A DNA stretch of 62,434 nt, filler included, from Sphacelaria rigidula (taxonomy: Eukaryota): NCBI GenBank assembly GCA_964200075.2. It is 11 parts of 11 records of this genome, joined end to end, with 100 filler letters (N's around TTAATTAATTAA, not from the genome) between each part and the next. Parts side by side here need not be neighbours in the genome. Positions count along the whole stretch, not along the records: positions 22,741 to 28,325 come from CAXNAA020026101.1; positions 28,426 to 34,010 come from CAXNAA020026102.1; positions 34,111 to 39,695 come from CAXNAA020026103.1; 8 more parts are not named here. One strand, 5' to 3'. Positions within the stretch are counted from its first letter, which is position 1; each line of letters begins with the position of its first letter. A model generated the notes under the pieces. The model had not been told where the DNA came from and did not search any database. It saw only the letters and a list, made by a program, of their open reading frames with translations. Positions 25,621-38,800 of the stretch are shown one piece after another. The position numbers and the translations under genes are program-made.

Positions 25621-25698
25621 CTTCACATTGAAAAACCGTTCCGATATCTACGCGGTACATTCGTACTGGGCATCTGGTGCGGACGCCTTCCGTGGTCG
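25575..25698 (-). mobile_element. Retroelement 3' end with (CAA)n tail; copies at 4101-4214 and 17594-17714
   Basis: The same ~75-bp block (ttcacatt.aaaaccgttccgata.ct.cgc.gtac…gtactg.gcatctg.tgc) is preceded on + by a (GTT)n run in all three copies. Confidence 0.8.
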
Positions 25699-25802
25699 AT
25701 TAGACCCGTATATTGGTGGTATGCTCCTTGGACTCTGTGACCACGGGTTCGAGAGATCGAGCTACTGTGATGGATATAATAATAGTAATAATAATAATAA
25801 GA

Positions 25803-26857
25803 CCCCATGTCTGGTAATTCCTATACCGTACGGAGATAGCGTCCACACTAAAACCTGTATGAAACCCAGAACGATCCATTCAGCGGATGATGACGATTTT
25901 TGGTGTGAACCTTCCCTGGAGCACGGGGAGACGATAAATATACCCTCACCTTCACCCAATTCTTTATCTGTCTCGAGATATGGCGCACATAAGGTTCCAT
26001 GCTAAAACCAATATATTACGAGCAGAGGTACTAGATGCCCAAAATCTGGATATCGCGTCTCAGTTTTTGAGAGTTGTGTTATGAAATTTGGTATGGGGAA
26101 CCGCTAGTGTCCTATGAAACGAAAAAAAAACGGCTTTTTTTTTCTCGTTTTTTTCGCTTTTTTTCGTGTTTTTAGGGTAGTTTTGAGGAGAAATGAATAT
26201 TGCTTTTGGGCCTTATCTCAATTTTTTAGCTCAATTTTCAAAATTGTGATTTGAAACTTAGCATTTAAAACGCCCGGATCTCTCCCCCCCCCCCAAAATA
26301 AAATGGGCCTTCATTTTTACTGGGGGGGGGAGAGGTTCGGGCGTTCTCGTAAAAAAATGGTCATAATCATACTGAAACGCCCTACAAACCAGTGCAAATA
26401 TAAAAAAAACAAAAAAAATACCCACTGAGTTGTGTTGATTATTCCCTCTCGAGGGCCCACACGAAATTTCAATACACACAAACCAAACGTGGGCCGGTGA
26501 GTGACCTGCGGAATACTGTTCCGAATTTTTACCGACCCGGTTTTTAAAAGGCGAATGCGCCGGTCAATATTTAAAGTTGGAGCGTCAAATTTGGTTTGGA
26601 CAATGCATAGGGCATGAAAAAAAGTTAAAGAAGCACCAGAAGTTGGGTTTTTTTCGTGAGGTAGGGGCAATAATCAGTTTTCAGGTATGAGTATAACGCG
26701 CTTGAGTCACGAAAGAAAAAAAAAACTTCTGGGGCTTTTTTAATATTTTTTTTATGCCCTATGCATTGTCCATAACAAATTTAACGCTCCAACTCTAAAT
26801 ATTGGCCGGCGCATTCGCCTGCAAACTTCCAATCCGCCTCTGGGCTGGCCCAGCTCG
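25803..26857. mobile_element. Mariner-type MITE family copy (terminus CGAGCTGGGCCAGCC + TA), internal foldback at 26550-26820
   Basis: Right end ggctggcccagctcg|TA. Homologous in opposite orientation to 47919-48650 and to parts of 46144-47795. Confidence 0.7.
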
Positions 26858-28655
26858 TAATAAATTGGAACACCTCACCACAATAAAATCGATCAGTATT
26901 TACATCACTCCCCAATTCCATCCGTCTGTGCATATTTAACGTGATTGAGGGCGGCGGGTTGTAACCTTTTATAAGGCACGTCCCGCGCTCAGCAAAATAA
27001 TCGAAAACATACTCTTTTTCCAGAGTTTGAAAGAAGGGTAAGCTTGGTACGCACGCGGAAGAAGGGTTGAATCCCGGGGAGTGTCAGCTCGTGGAGGTGC
27101 ATGTGGCGTCTGAATAAGGAGGGCGTTCAATGCATGATTTCTCCATCTCAAGGATGTATAGCAACCTGAATCAAGCGTATCGAAAGAAAGGAAGAAACAT
27201 GCGGTCTATATCATGGTCGACAAAATGTTCTCGAACAGCCCGGACACTTCTCGGAGTTTAACACCCCTCCGACTAGCACCCGATCCTGGGCTGCAAGTCC
27301 TTATCTGCTAATATTAATAAAATATGGTTAACGTTAGGGCCACTTTTTGCTCTCCGCCATTTTTATTCAAAACCTCCACGCGTGCGAGACACGTGGTGTT
27401 GATAACTGCGTCACCGCTGCCACGCGCGTTAGTCGTGACTCACCACGAGCTGAAAATGACGAGCGAGAAGGAGGTCAGGCTTTTGTCCGTACTGTGTAGT
27501 ACGCTGAATGTACACTATTATATGCATGCGAGAAGGTGAGTTGTCGACAACATTGCCCGCCTCAATATCTATCCATTATAAGGGTCAATTGCGGTATTTT
27601 ATTTCACGTGTACTTGAGGTCGCATCCCCCCCTTTTTTGTTGACCTACTCTACGAGTTTTTGTAACGAGAGCTTTATGGAGGTGTCGTTCACAATTCCGC
27701 CGGCATCGAGTAACAGTGATCATATACTTGCACACTTTTTTTTCACACATAGATACAATGGCAATATCTCCTTCGTATTACCCCGGAGGATTATTCTGTG
27801 TCGGGTCCCACGAGGGGTGCTTCTTACGCTTTGATCGCACGAATGATTGCCCGAGAGCTTTCTCGGAAATTCATGATTTGAAACTAACCCCATCTATGTA
27901 GTCCTAGCCCTACCCCTAACCCTGACCCCGAGCAAGGCATACGAGAACCTTCGGGCAACGGGGGTGCAACGGTTGCTTTATAGGCAAAGTGGTTGGCGGA
28001 CCTCACATCGCCGCCTGCGGCGCCGAATGGTTCAAGAACAAAAAATGCGTTTTGTGCGAGCTCAATAATAGGACTGAGGAGTACTTGGGACTTCCAGTCA
28101 CTCTGAAGATTCGGATAACGCGGTGTGCACTCTAAAATCAACTAACCTACCATTCTTATCACCAATGCATAAGCTCTATAATACTGCCCTGAACAAGGGG
28201 CCTTACAGACTGGAAAACGGTTTATACCCCCCCCCCCCCCCCCCCCCCCCCCCCGCGGGCGCATGGAAGAAGAGAAAAAAAAAAGAGAAAAACACAACAC
28301 CCCTTTTTTTTTTCGCGTCACACACNNNNNNNNNNNNNNNNNNNNNNNNNNNNNNNNNNNNNNNNNNNNTTAATTAATTAANNNNNNNNNNNNNNNNNNN
28401 NNNNNNNNNNNNNNNNNNNNNNNNNCCCTCGAGACGACAAACTCATCCCGAGCAGGGAGGGAGGGGAGGGCGGGGGGGGGGCGGGGGGGGGCGTTGAACT
28501 GCGACGGAAAATGTTGAAAAATATAAGAAAGATGAGTGCGGTTCCTTATGCCCCGCTTTCCTGCCGCGGCTCGTTTGATGTACTGACTTTCCCGAGAAAA
28601 AACTAGGACGAATCTCGACACGAACACAAATACGATCCCTTAAATGACACGGCAG

Positions 28656-29041
28656 GTACGTCTTGTGGGGATCGCCGGTGGGAGCTATGTGCCAGCACAA
28701 TGCGGAGGTGGCCCACGCCGCGAAGCTGTATTCCGTGGCCGCGAAGTGGCAAGAGGTGCAGCTCATCATGGCCGGCCCACCCGGAGACGGATGCGAAATA
28801 CGCCCCCTTCCCGTCAACCCCTATTACCACCACCAAACCAGCAATGATCATTCTCCCGTTGCTGCTGCTGCTGCTGCTGCTGCTGGCCGTGGTGGTGGCG
28901 GGCTTTTCCGAGGGGAAGGGGAAGATACGGTATGGGAGCGGAATAGGGGGGGTGGTATCGGGCGTGGCGGACGGGGGCGAGGGGTATTCCTGGGGAGGGG
29001 GGGAGCGGCGGCCGGAGAGAGTGCTGGTGGCGGCAGAGATG
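28656..29041 (+). CDS. WDR24: WDR24-like (GATOR2/SEA2) protein, internal exon
   Basis: YVLWGSPVGAMCQHNAEVAHAAKLYSVAAKW resembles the WDR24 'Y.L.G.P…C.HNA.VA…VA..W' segment as I recall it. CAG acceptor, G|GTGAGT donor (phase 1). Confidence 0.75.
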
Positions 29042-30329
29042 GTGAGTATGTGTTTGTGTGCATGTATACACATGCGTGCGTGACCGGGATGGCATTGACA
29101 TACTCCCAGAGTTGCTTCGTGCTGAGAGTTTTTTTTTTTGTGTTGCTGTATGTTACCCTGCGCGTGGGGTGGGGAGTGGGGGGGAGCGGGAGGAGTGGGG
29201 GGAATGGAAGTGTGCACAGGATCGCTTCGTTCTGATAGTTTTTTTTTTGCAGCATGACTTTACTTCATGTGTAGTATCCATTTCACAATGGTTTTATACT
29301 GTTCGAAAATCCTCTCGCTTCCTCGTCTCGCGCACTATGCCCATCTTTTCCAGTGCGCGAGAGGTGGACTCAGTATCACGCGTGACTTATTCCAACACTT
29401 CAGTAGAATTGCGCCGTCTCGCGTACGTTAACTTAAATCAAACCGTATCGTGATGTATTATTCCGGTCGAAGATATCGAAGATTGTTTTTTTGGGTGAGT
29501 AGCAGTGTTTTCAGGTTTCTTCGGGAACCATGACTCATTACAGAGAACGAACGTTGAACACGACCATTTTTCGATCGATATTTTATATTGAGTATCCGAC
29601 ACAAGGTCCTGAAGGAAAATCAGGTCTGCGACCAAACTTTGAGCGGCTTACGGGCTAACCAGTCTTCGGGGGTCCTACGAGTTCACATCCCCAGGCTGTG
29701 GCACTTGAATACTTTCCCTCGATTGAACTACTCTCGATCGTCGTGGTGAACAATTATGTGGCCTCGGTTTTGTCCATTTGTAGCCGTCCATTGCGCTACA
29801 GTGGAAATAACGTCTTATCGGACCAACATACGCGTAATAACACCCCCTCCCCGGACACTTACATTCACATACACACGATCTTTTGGTTTTGCGCAATACC
29901 ACCCACGTTCATGCCCGATCGAGAAAAAGACGAAGCGTCGTGGAGACAAGTTGCGTCTCAGGTATTTCGGCCACCTTCTCTTGGGCATGAGCTCTCATCC
30001 GTGAACCCTACGGATCGAGGCTTCAAACTGCTACTTGCATACACCGAGAGGTGAAGAACACGCAGAGGCAAAGAGACATAGAGGGAGAGAGATATTGTGA
30101 GAGAGATACTGTTAACATACAGTAGAAGTGATGAAGCCCAAAGACACCGTGCAGTAGGGTAGATACAAACACACTACACACGGAACACCGAAAGACCACC
30201 GACCGAGGACAAAACAAAAACAACCGATAGAAACGGACAGGGGTACATTGCCTTTCGTGTTGGCCCATCGTTCTCCATTCATCGCTAGTCGGGTACAAAG
30301 CGGGCCATTCTCTCAGCCAGTGCCCTTCT

Positions 30330-30600
30330 GGGTTCCTCACGAGCTGTTGCTGTTGTTGCCTTGGCGGTAGCAGCTCTCAAATTGGCGCTTCTCAACGCAG
30401 CAGCTTCTCGTTTGTGGCGAAGGTCCGATTCGCGTTGTGTCTTCGCGTCACCACGTGTCCTCGAACTCTTCCACCCCTTTCTCGACTCCGAGATGCCGTT
30501 TGCCCATGATCCTCGCCGCAGAGTGACCCAGTCGTGAGCGTCGTCAACCTCCGTACCGTAGATTAACCATTTCCGTTGTGCTCCTTTGCATGGAAGGACC
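30330..30600 (-). mobile_element. Probable 3' coding end of an RTE-type LINE
   Basis: Trp-spaced, basic helix (WVTL…W…SRKGWKSS…RHKREAAA) downstream of and on the same strand as the RT remnant. Degenerate. Confidence 0.35.
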
Positions 30601-31539
30601 CCTAGTGCACGTGGGTTCTCCTAGATAATGCCCCCCCCCCCCCCCAGTGTTTCATGACAATGGCATGCATGATCATGAGTACACCCCCTCGTGTTTTGGG
30701 GGTCAGCCAGCCTCCTGAAGCCGTTGTGCCGCTAACCATTCGTGCATGGCGCGTTTTTGAAGTCGCATTTCGTTTTGCCAGGCAAGGGCTCCCGCGAACA
30801 AAAGTTGAGGCTTGTGGATGGTCATCTCGATACGTTTGCTGTTGGGCATCGCGGGCACAGCTCTTCACTAAGGAGTCTTGTAACCCGTTCGGTGTTTCCT
30901 GTGGAATCTAACCTCTCACCGCGAAAGCTTGTGATGGGTAATGCGGAGACTGTTGAAGTCTTCCGTGTAACACACCCGTACAACACAGCTTCTACTATAT
31001 CCAGCATTAATTGTTTGATTCATCAATTATTTGATTGTCGCAGCTTAGCTGACCCCCCAGGAGTCGTGGTCCAGCCGTGGTCAGTATCCACATGATAGAC
31101 ATCCCCGAGATGAGAACATTACTGAAACACCTGCTGAAGAAGTAAGAAAAATACGAAAAAGGTAACAGAACAACAGCATGGACGAGACAGAAAGTGAAAA
31201 TCAGAAAAAAAAAGAAGAAGAAAATGGGCGGGCTCTGCCACATGGCTTCGGCGGAAAAGTTCTGGCGCAGAGCCACACTCATCCCCAGTCGTAAAAAACG
31301 AATAGGATCGGGAAAAGTAGAGATTGAGACTCACCTACTACGAGCGCACTATTTGGGGTATGGATCCTCTCTTATATATGTCGAACTTAAGCAACCGGTT
31401 TTCAATGATAGCCATGCGTTCCGTCGATCGTAGAGTTGGCAGCTCTACTTTGGGAGACGTGCCCGCGCAGCGCTTGTGCGGCAGTTGATTTCGATGGAAA
31501 TTTATTCATCCGCGCGGACAGCATGAAGGTAGACCATCT

Positions 31540-32400
31540 TGGCCGTCTGCTTATACCGTTGACCTGCTGAGCTGATGTGCAGGGTGGTCTCTGCGGAGCT
31601 GGGTACTAGCCACAGGTGCGTGGACTGTTGTTTCACTTCCCGATACTGTCGGACCGAACTCCTGACAGGCCACCACAAACACGGCCATCATTATAGCAAA
31701 CCCGTCTGCGGACTCGAGGCTACGCTGGTGTCGTCTGTATATAGCATTGGCGATACCGCGCACCGTACCTTCTTCTGCGGCGTCTCTTCCGGAAGTTCAC
31801 CGCCGTCACCTTTTGGCGCATCATCTGGTTATACCAAGGCCGAGACGATGGCTAGGTCTGCTGCGAACGCTCGTTGTAGGATGGCATCAAACAAGGTTGC
31901 GCCGAAAATGTTGAACAATAACGGGGACAAAACACTTTTTGTCTTAGTCCTTGGCCTAAGTGTCACCACGCTGATGCTTCGCCATTATCCAGCTTCACCC
32001 GAGCTCGCATGCCATCGTTCAACATACAGGTAACCGTGATCATTTGCTGCGGGACTCCAAACCGTGCAAACACTTCCCACGAGAGCGTGGCGGTCTACCA
32101 CATCGTGGGCCTTATGCAGGTCGAGGAAGCACATATTTAGTGGGACGTTGCTCGCATGTCCCGACCCCTGTAGTCGGCGTACCACGAACATCATGTCCGC
32201 GCTCTGTCGTTGGCGCCGGAATCCGCACTGGTCTTCCGCGAAGATCCCTGCCTCCTCACAGGAATTGCTGAGTCTGTTGGCGACCATTTTCAGGAGAACT
32301 TCACCGCCATGTTCCGCGAGGGAGATGTCCCTGTAGCTACCACACTCGGTCGTATCCTTCTTTTTGTGTAGCACTTTGATAATGACATCTCTCCACTCGC
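31540..32400 (-). mobile_element. RTE-clade LINE reverse transcriptase remnant inside the WDR24-like intron
   Basis: LHKKKDTTECGSYRDISL…LLKMVANRL…EDQCGFR…DMMFVVRRLQ…MCFLDLHKAHD, followed by degenerate 'LSPLLFNIF' and YxDD-like segments. Frameshifted. Confidence 0.88.
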
Positions 32401-33481
32401 AGCCTAGCTCTAGCCCTATCCACGTTCACACGCTTTTCTCCTCGAGCTGCCCTTCGTTAGGGGCTGTTACTTCTTCTTACCTTACGGGCGAGTATTTTTT
32501 TCTGCTCCGATTTTTCGTTGCCACGTCAGTCATGGTGCCTACCTTTCGTTTTCGTCTCGCGGGTAGGGTGCAGCCTCCCCAACCCGCATTGGCCGCTAGC
32601 TCCAATTCCCCGAATCTGGTACTTCCTCATGCGCGTCTTATCTCGATCACCATGCCCTCCGTGTCAGTTCCTCAACTTCGGGTAAAGCTCCGCGGCTGCA
32701 GGATTGCGTTGGGATTCCAGCACAGAGTAGAACTCTCAAGCAGCAGGGTTTAGTTTTGAGGTTGACACTGCCGGCATGGCCTGCTGCCTAGACTGTGTGT
32801 TGCATCAACGCGGACTCAAAACGCAGACTAATCCGTAGGTCACGTCACTCTCTCCCACGCATGGTTGCGTCATTAGGTTTCTGGTCGGGGTTAGCTTACC
32901 CCGACACGACCATCCCCAGTCGGGAGGCGGTCGGGGGCCGGAAGATAACACAGCAAATGAAAGTCCGGCCCAAGTGGTGAGTGTCGTCAGGACGGCTACT
33001 AGAACTGAAAATGCCAATAGGTTTTCAAAGGCATGAATAAATCAGAAAAGCACAGTCGACCAGACCTCCCATCAAGGAGCAGAAGTATTCCGCCAAAATC
33101 TTGCCTGTCGGCGGCCTCAATCTTCTTGTCCCGCTGCTGCCGCTCCACAGAATCCTGCAGAAACTCATACCCGCTTGTCGGCGCTTCAAGGCGACCTCTT
33201 CACCTGCACATACTTCTGCCGATTCGCCACATGTCATAGTATGTGATGGAATAAGTGGGCATACCGATAATACTTCTCAGTTAGCCACCCCCGCTCGCTA
33301 CCTTATCCCCTCTTGCCAAGAGTCGGGGTCAAGTGCATACGATTGCGTCATCAGAACAAAGCTGCAGGATATCCTCCCATGTACATCCAGTGCGTTGACT
33401 CTCCTCGTGCTTTCCCGCTGCCCCCCTTCCCCCTCGCGCCCAACGTCGCTCACTTATCTCATCCATCTGTACCAATACCAG

Positions 33482-33902
33482 GGGCGCTCACCATAGACGA
33501 AGTGATGGACGACATCATCAACGACGATGAGGCACAGTCGCAGACAAAAGCAGGTCAGAAGACGTCCCGAAATAGCGGTAAGGCCGCGCACCAGGGAGGG
33601 TCTCGAAAACAGGGCCAGTACGCCTCCAACAATAGCGCCACCGGACCCTCGAAATTCGGGGGTGACGGACGAAACGGCTCTCGAGGGGGGGCTGGCTATG
33701 AGACGTGGCGGTGGGGGAAGGACGTCGACGAAGTCGAGGAGGAGCCGGACGGGGATAGTGAGGGACGGATTTGCGATTTCGATTCGGAGGACGAGGAGCT
33801 CGACGCGGATCCTATGTGGAAGGACTTGATCCCTCTCTGGTTGGAGCACCTCGTGGAGAGGGGGGAGATTTTTCATTGTGTCGCAATTTGCGAGGTGGTC
33901 AG
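33482..33902 (+). CDS. WDR24: WDR24-like protein, next exon (GALTIDEVMDD…WKDLIPLWLEHLVERGEIFHCVAICEVV)
   Basis: CAG acceptor with phase matching the previous exon across a 4440-bp intron. 'L.H..E.G+…V' resembles the WDR24/WDR59 'L..YAE.GDVQ..V' helix. AG|GTAC donor; an alternative donor at 33894 is possible. Confidence 0.72.
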
Positions 33903-35755
33903 GTACGCCCCACTTGTCGAGGTTGTGATGTGTTGGTACATGTTATGCGTGTACATATATCCACCACGTCTGGCCACCCTCCCCGCACCACAACCACACC
34001 AACGCCGACANNNNNNNNNNNNNNNNNNNNNNNNNNNNNNNNNNNNNNNNNNNNTTAATTAATTAANNNNNNNNNNNNNNNNNNNNNNNNNNNNNNNNNN
34101 NNNNNNNNNNTCGGAACTGAAACGATTAATTCACTGATTGACCGCTTTTCACCCTCAATCGTATCATCTACTCTCAATTTCACGAAAACACTGTTTACTG
34201 TAGATCGCCATAAAAACAGCGCCACATCGAGTGTCTAGCGTTTGATTGAGAGTTTCATTATTCGCTGAAACTTGGCCGAGTTTTCAATTCGTTTGGGTGT
34301 TTATTTGCATGCAACAATGCCGTTCGCTGCGCGTCGATATCCTTCTCAGGGATATCCGAGGTCTCAGTACCACGCTACTACAGCAAGCGCACCGGGCCAA
34401 GTCTGACGTCTGGAAATGCATATTAGTAACTCAACTGTTTCAGGCATCAATCGGTAATTTCCCAAGACCTGGAGTTATACATTTCTGCTCGTTGACAAGG
34501 CCGGATCAATGCAAAAAATGTACTCCGTACATTGAATTCATCTTATCACGACCCTAGCTTATACTCGAGCCTCGCCTGGACTGGCTTGAAGAACTATTCC
34601 CCACGAACACGAGCCGGGAAGGTTCAAGATTATCGACACATTGTGTTTCGGAAACCTGGGAATTCTTCAAACTACATCTAACTCTGCGTTCGGGCTCCTC
34701 CAACAATGAAGCGGCTTGATTTTTTCTCCTAATCTTCTCGGACAAGTCTGACTACTTGGGATGGCAACCAAGTACCTCGGAGAGTTGTCCTGTGTATACC
34801 GTGGCGCTCACGAGTTTTATTTCTAGTCATCAATGTCCGACAATTTTGGATATCTCCCGAAAAAGAAGTGTCGACAATATTAGGCCCAAGTGGATGAGGG
34901 CTTCCGATTCTTCGGGTTCTTACTGTAATGCGTGAGAAGACCGCGTGCTCAGGGGACTGCGGTGTAGTTCGAAACACCTCAGGATCGACGTTTTTTAAAA
35001 CCGATCGGGACAGTCCCTGCAAGGACCACGCCCCTGACCCTAACCTCAACACTAACCTTAACCATATACATGTTCAAATTCCACAGGGATGTTCAAATTC
35101 CGACGCGGTCCTCCAAGCACGGTCCTCTGACGCATTACCCTTACTCTCAGTCAAGTGCTAGGCACTCGATCTGCGAAAACTGTCGTTTACTACCGAATGT
35201 ATACGGGTGCTGTTTTTTTTCGTGTCATACTCGACGGAATATACCACTCGCCTTGAAAAACGGCAGTGACATGATGCTCCTCCTTGTGCTTGCCGAAAAA
35301 CAGGCAAACTGGACCCACCAAAAACAATTGGCATGGAACTACATAAGAGTACAGGTGTGAACGAATCTGCTGGCTCAAACCCCGCCACCCAGCATGCCCT
35401 TTAGCCCGCAAACTCCACAGCATGCTACCTTCGACAAGAAAACAGCATGACCTATACATGTCTACGACGCCAAATACAAGAAACAAAAAGTCAGACGGGT
35501 ATTATGACGTTCTTGCGTCTTCACTTCACAGGAGCCTCGAGAAGGACCTTGTGCTGTATGTACATATGAAAGCAGGACGTCGCCAAGAGTCAAAGGTGGG
35601 CCCACTTATAACTTCAGGAGGCTACAGATCCCTGGATCACACGCTCCACGGACCATCGTTACGTGCATCCTTCGACCGGTCACTGCGGCGACGATCAATC
35701 ACTGCGGTGACCACCAATGACTGCAGTAACGGCTGGTCGTTAGGTCAACGACCAA

Positions 35756-35874
35756 TCACTGTTTTTCTTCGTCTGGTTGCGGTTCAAGGTCTAGCCCGTC
35801 GAATTTGTCCTCCTTGTAGAATGACGCTGCGATCTGCCGCCCCCCGAAGAACCTTCCGTTCATCTCCAGGTAAG
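35756..35874 (-). CDS. RBM17: SPF45/RBM17-like splicing factor, last exon (AYLEMNGRFFGGRQIAASFYKEDKFDGLDLEPQPDEEKQ*)
   Basis: UHM signature NGR(F/Y)FGGR…FY…KF…L.P, a phase-compatible acceptor and a TGA stop. PUF60 is a less likely alternative. Confidence 0.85.
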
Positions 35875-36152
35875 CTGATCGGAGGCCAAAACCAGAAAAA
35901 AAAAAGGCAAGAACAGGCTTTTCAGGTCGTAGGCTGGCCCACCTCGTACACTTCAAAGACGACGATGTGAGCACTACAGTGAAATGATGGCCTAAACATT
36001 CGAACTATAATGACCTCTGGAAGTGCGTTATGGTGCACAAACAGCACACACCTTCTCCTTACCCCCCCTCATCATTTCGAGGAGGCAGGGTAGAGGGCTA
36101 AAGAGAATATTGTATAGTGAACACCGGCAAACACTTGACGCATTTGGCCCAC

Positions 36153-36225
36153 CTTTTACTGCGCTCTCCTGCTTCTCGAAAGCGACGAAAATCCTTACCC
36201 TCTCGGTATCGGGCGTTTGCCCTCC
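36153..36225 (-). CDS. RBM17: SPF45/RBM17-like splicing factor, penultimate exon (GGQTPDTERVRIFVAFEKQESAVK)
   Basis: UHM/RRM 'VRIFV.F' strand. CAG acceptor, AG|GTGG donor, phase 1. Confidence 0.82.
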
Positions 36226-37464
36226 CTGGCGGTGGAACACAAAATAGGGCATGAGAGGCCCACAGATCGGTCCAAACAACATGTTCGTGAGATTAGCAAC
36301 GGTTTCCTTTCTCGGAACGGGAGGTTTTTCGTGATTCACACACCAAGCCGATCGAATCGTCCGAAACGGCCTTCCCCCCCCCCCTCCCTGAAAGCCCTTG
36401 ATCTGACGGGAATTTTCTTGCAAAGATATTTAAAATGGACGTAGTCAGTGCAGAGCTACGAGGAAAATACGTGTCCAAAAACAAGTTAATAAAGAAATAC
36501 ACATTTTCGGCCGTGTCTCATGGACGGCGTCACCGATTTCAGACGACTCGACCGTCTTGGTATAAATCACGACAACCTTCCGAGAACAAAATCCGGTTCT
36601 AATCTTGCCAGCATGTTTTGAGTAGTTCGTTCTCTTGGAAAACAAGACGAGCAAAGACAAAATCCTGCGGCGATTCGGGTCGAGGTACCAACGATTAACT
36701 AGCGAGGGGCATGTTGATGTAAAACAGTATAAATACACGGTGCCAACTGAACAATGTCTTGTTGCTTCACTACTCGAGCGGCTTTTGACCTATGTACGAA
36801 ACAGCATATGTCCCGTATACTAGCTTCCTCTCTTTACAGCATCTTGGACAATGACGCGCCGTGACAAAATGGCGTCCCATACATACCGTAATCGCCGTCT
36901 AACGACTAAACGTGATAATCGGACACAACGCAAAAAAAAAAAACACGATGTCTGCTATGTACAAAAGGGACAGCACTCACTGTGTTTGTGCTTCTCTCAC
37001 CAGTGAAAACAAAACAAAAGTACGCTATGCCACCTCCCCCCACCCCGCCCAACGTCCCCTTTTCCTGCCATCGCTAGATACGGAGGAGTACCGCGAGGGC
37101 CTCCTATTGATAACTTCTCCGCAAAAACGCTTCAGCTCGTCTTGCTCCAACTAGTAGCATATCCGGCGTATGAAACCGGGCCAAAGTCACGACCTCACAC
37201 TAGTTATCATCTTCCCCCCGACATATTATCTCCTCTTTCTCGGGGAGGGTCTGTAGTCTCCGTCTCTCCCGGATCCCTGGTATTTTGGTATCGCGAATTG
37301 AATCATGACCATCAGCACGCCCGCACCACATGAACTTTGGTTGAAAATATCTTCCCTATTCACGTCCCCACATCTCCCCCGCCGGAAATCGGATACTTTC
37401 TAGTGAAACATCGCATACTTCGGGCTTCGCACCCCTTACCTGCCCTGACTGGCTAAAGACGTTA

Positions 37465-38800
37465 CAGTAGAGGGCCCGGTATAAGGCGGTGTAAATAAGG
37501 CGGTAGACCCTATATAAGGCGGCTGAAATCTGCGCGCACAACTCAGATCCGGGATAAGGCGCCGCGGCCACCGCCTTTTTCCGGACCGGGCCCCGTAAAG
37601 CGGTAACTCTCTGTCTCAAAACCGATATAAGGCGGTGAATATCTCCGCATTAGTACAATGCACCCTCCACGAAGCACCTGTAGTACCTCTCTGACACAAG
37701 GGACCTGAGTGAGTGAACAATCAACGCTCTGCTTGACCGAAAAACAAACATCACCGACGCGCGCACACGCCTCGTGCTTTGGCCGCACAAAACTGTATTT
37801 TTTTCGCAGTGGAATCCGACCATTCGACCGCCTTGCGCCGCACATCACTACATGAGATTCTTACAATATTATTTGCACATACGCCGTGTGCCCCGAGCAC
37901 TGAGACATAGCCCTACTCAAATATGTAACAAACAACACCTCGCCCGCGCGCAGAGACTGTTTGTCTTTCGCCGTCGCCTTGCTCCCAACTCTCCCAACAC
38001 TTCGGCCCCCTGGAGAGGGCGGCGGGGGAGTCTGGCAATTGCGAAGCCGCGCCCCTCCTTCATAAGGCCAAAATGGCGATGATCAAAGCTCACGCATCTA
38101 AACCCGTGCGGCAGTCGGACACGAGGAAGTTCATGTAGGCAGATAGATGGGTTCTTGGAGCTGTTATCTTGCATAGAGGAAGGGTTACTGCAACGAGTAT
38201 TTGAATGCGTTTGATCCACAAGCGCTGGGGGAAGTAGTGCTTAACTCGTACCCAAGGGCCGAGCGCCATGGACGCAGCTCGAAATGATTTCTTCTTCGGT
38301 GCTACAGTTTACTTTTCAGCAATGGCGTGGATCCATGCCGGCTTTTCTCTTTTGGTTTTGTTCTTCACGGAGGTATCATTATCGTTGTTCCTCGCATCAG
38401 CACCCAAGAGTAGGTGTTGGTTTGGGCAAGTTAGTCTCCAAAACCAGCAGAGGACTTGTACGGTATTGGATGTAATGTGCCGTACAAACATGGCCAGCGG
38501 GGTCGTTGGCATCAAATTTCAAGTACCTACCGCCGCTGGAATTATCAGGTTCAAGCACTTGGTTTTCGGGCTCCTGCTACCCGTGTTGGTACATAATGCG
38601 TGGCCATACCCTGTACCCTACGACGTGCCATGAGGTCATATCCACTACACTGGCAATCTCTCCTGGCTTTTGTTGGCCTTGAACAAGGTGGTCCCCGCTT
38701 CATGAGGCAATAACGGACCGTGAACAAGGCGGCTGTCCGATATAAGGCGGTAACCTTCACCACGCACGCCATCGCTTTATATCGCCCCCCCCCCACACTG
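37465..38800. mobile_element. pogo/Tigger-like non-autonomous element, TA-flanked
   Basis: TA|CAGTAGAGGG… and …CACACTG|TA ends. ATAAGGCGG motif repeated in both subterminal regions (37480-37640, 38720-38785). TIRs are degenerate. Confidence 0.6.

Noticed and set aside
11593..36225. LZTR1-like, WDR24-like and SPF45-like genes as a functional cluster
   Set aside because: They lie on different, artificially joined contigs.
36500..37720. Candidate upstream SPF45 exons (e.g. RKVVVIY…, GQVRG…)
   Set aside because: No segment gave the expected UHM N-terminal sequence with compatible splice sites.
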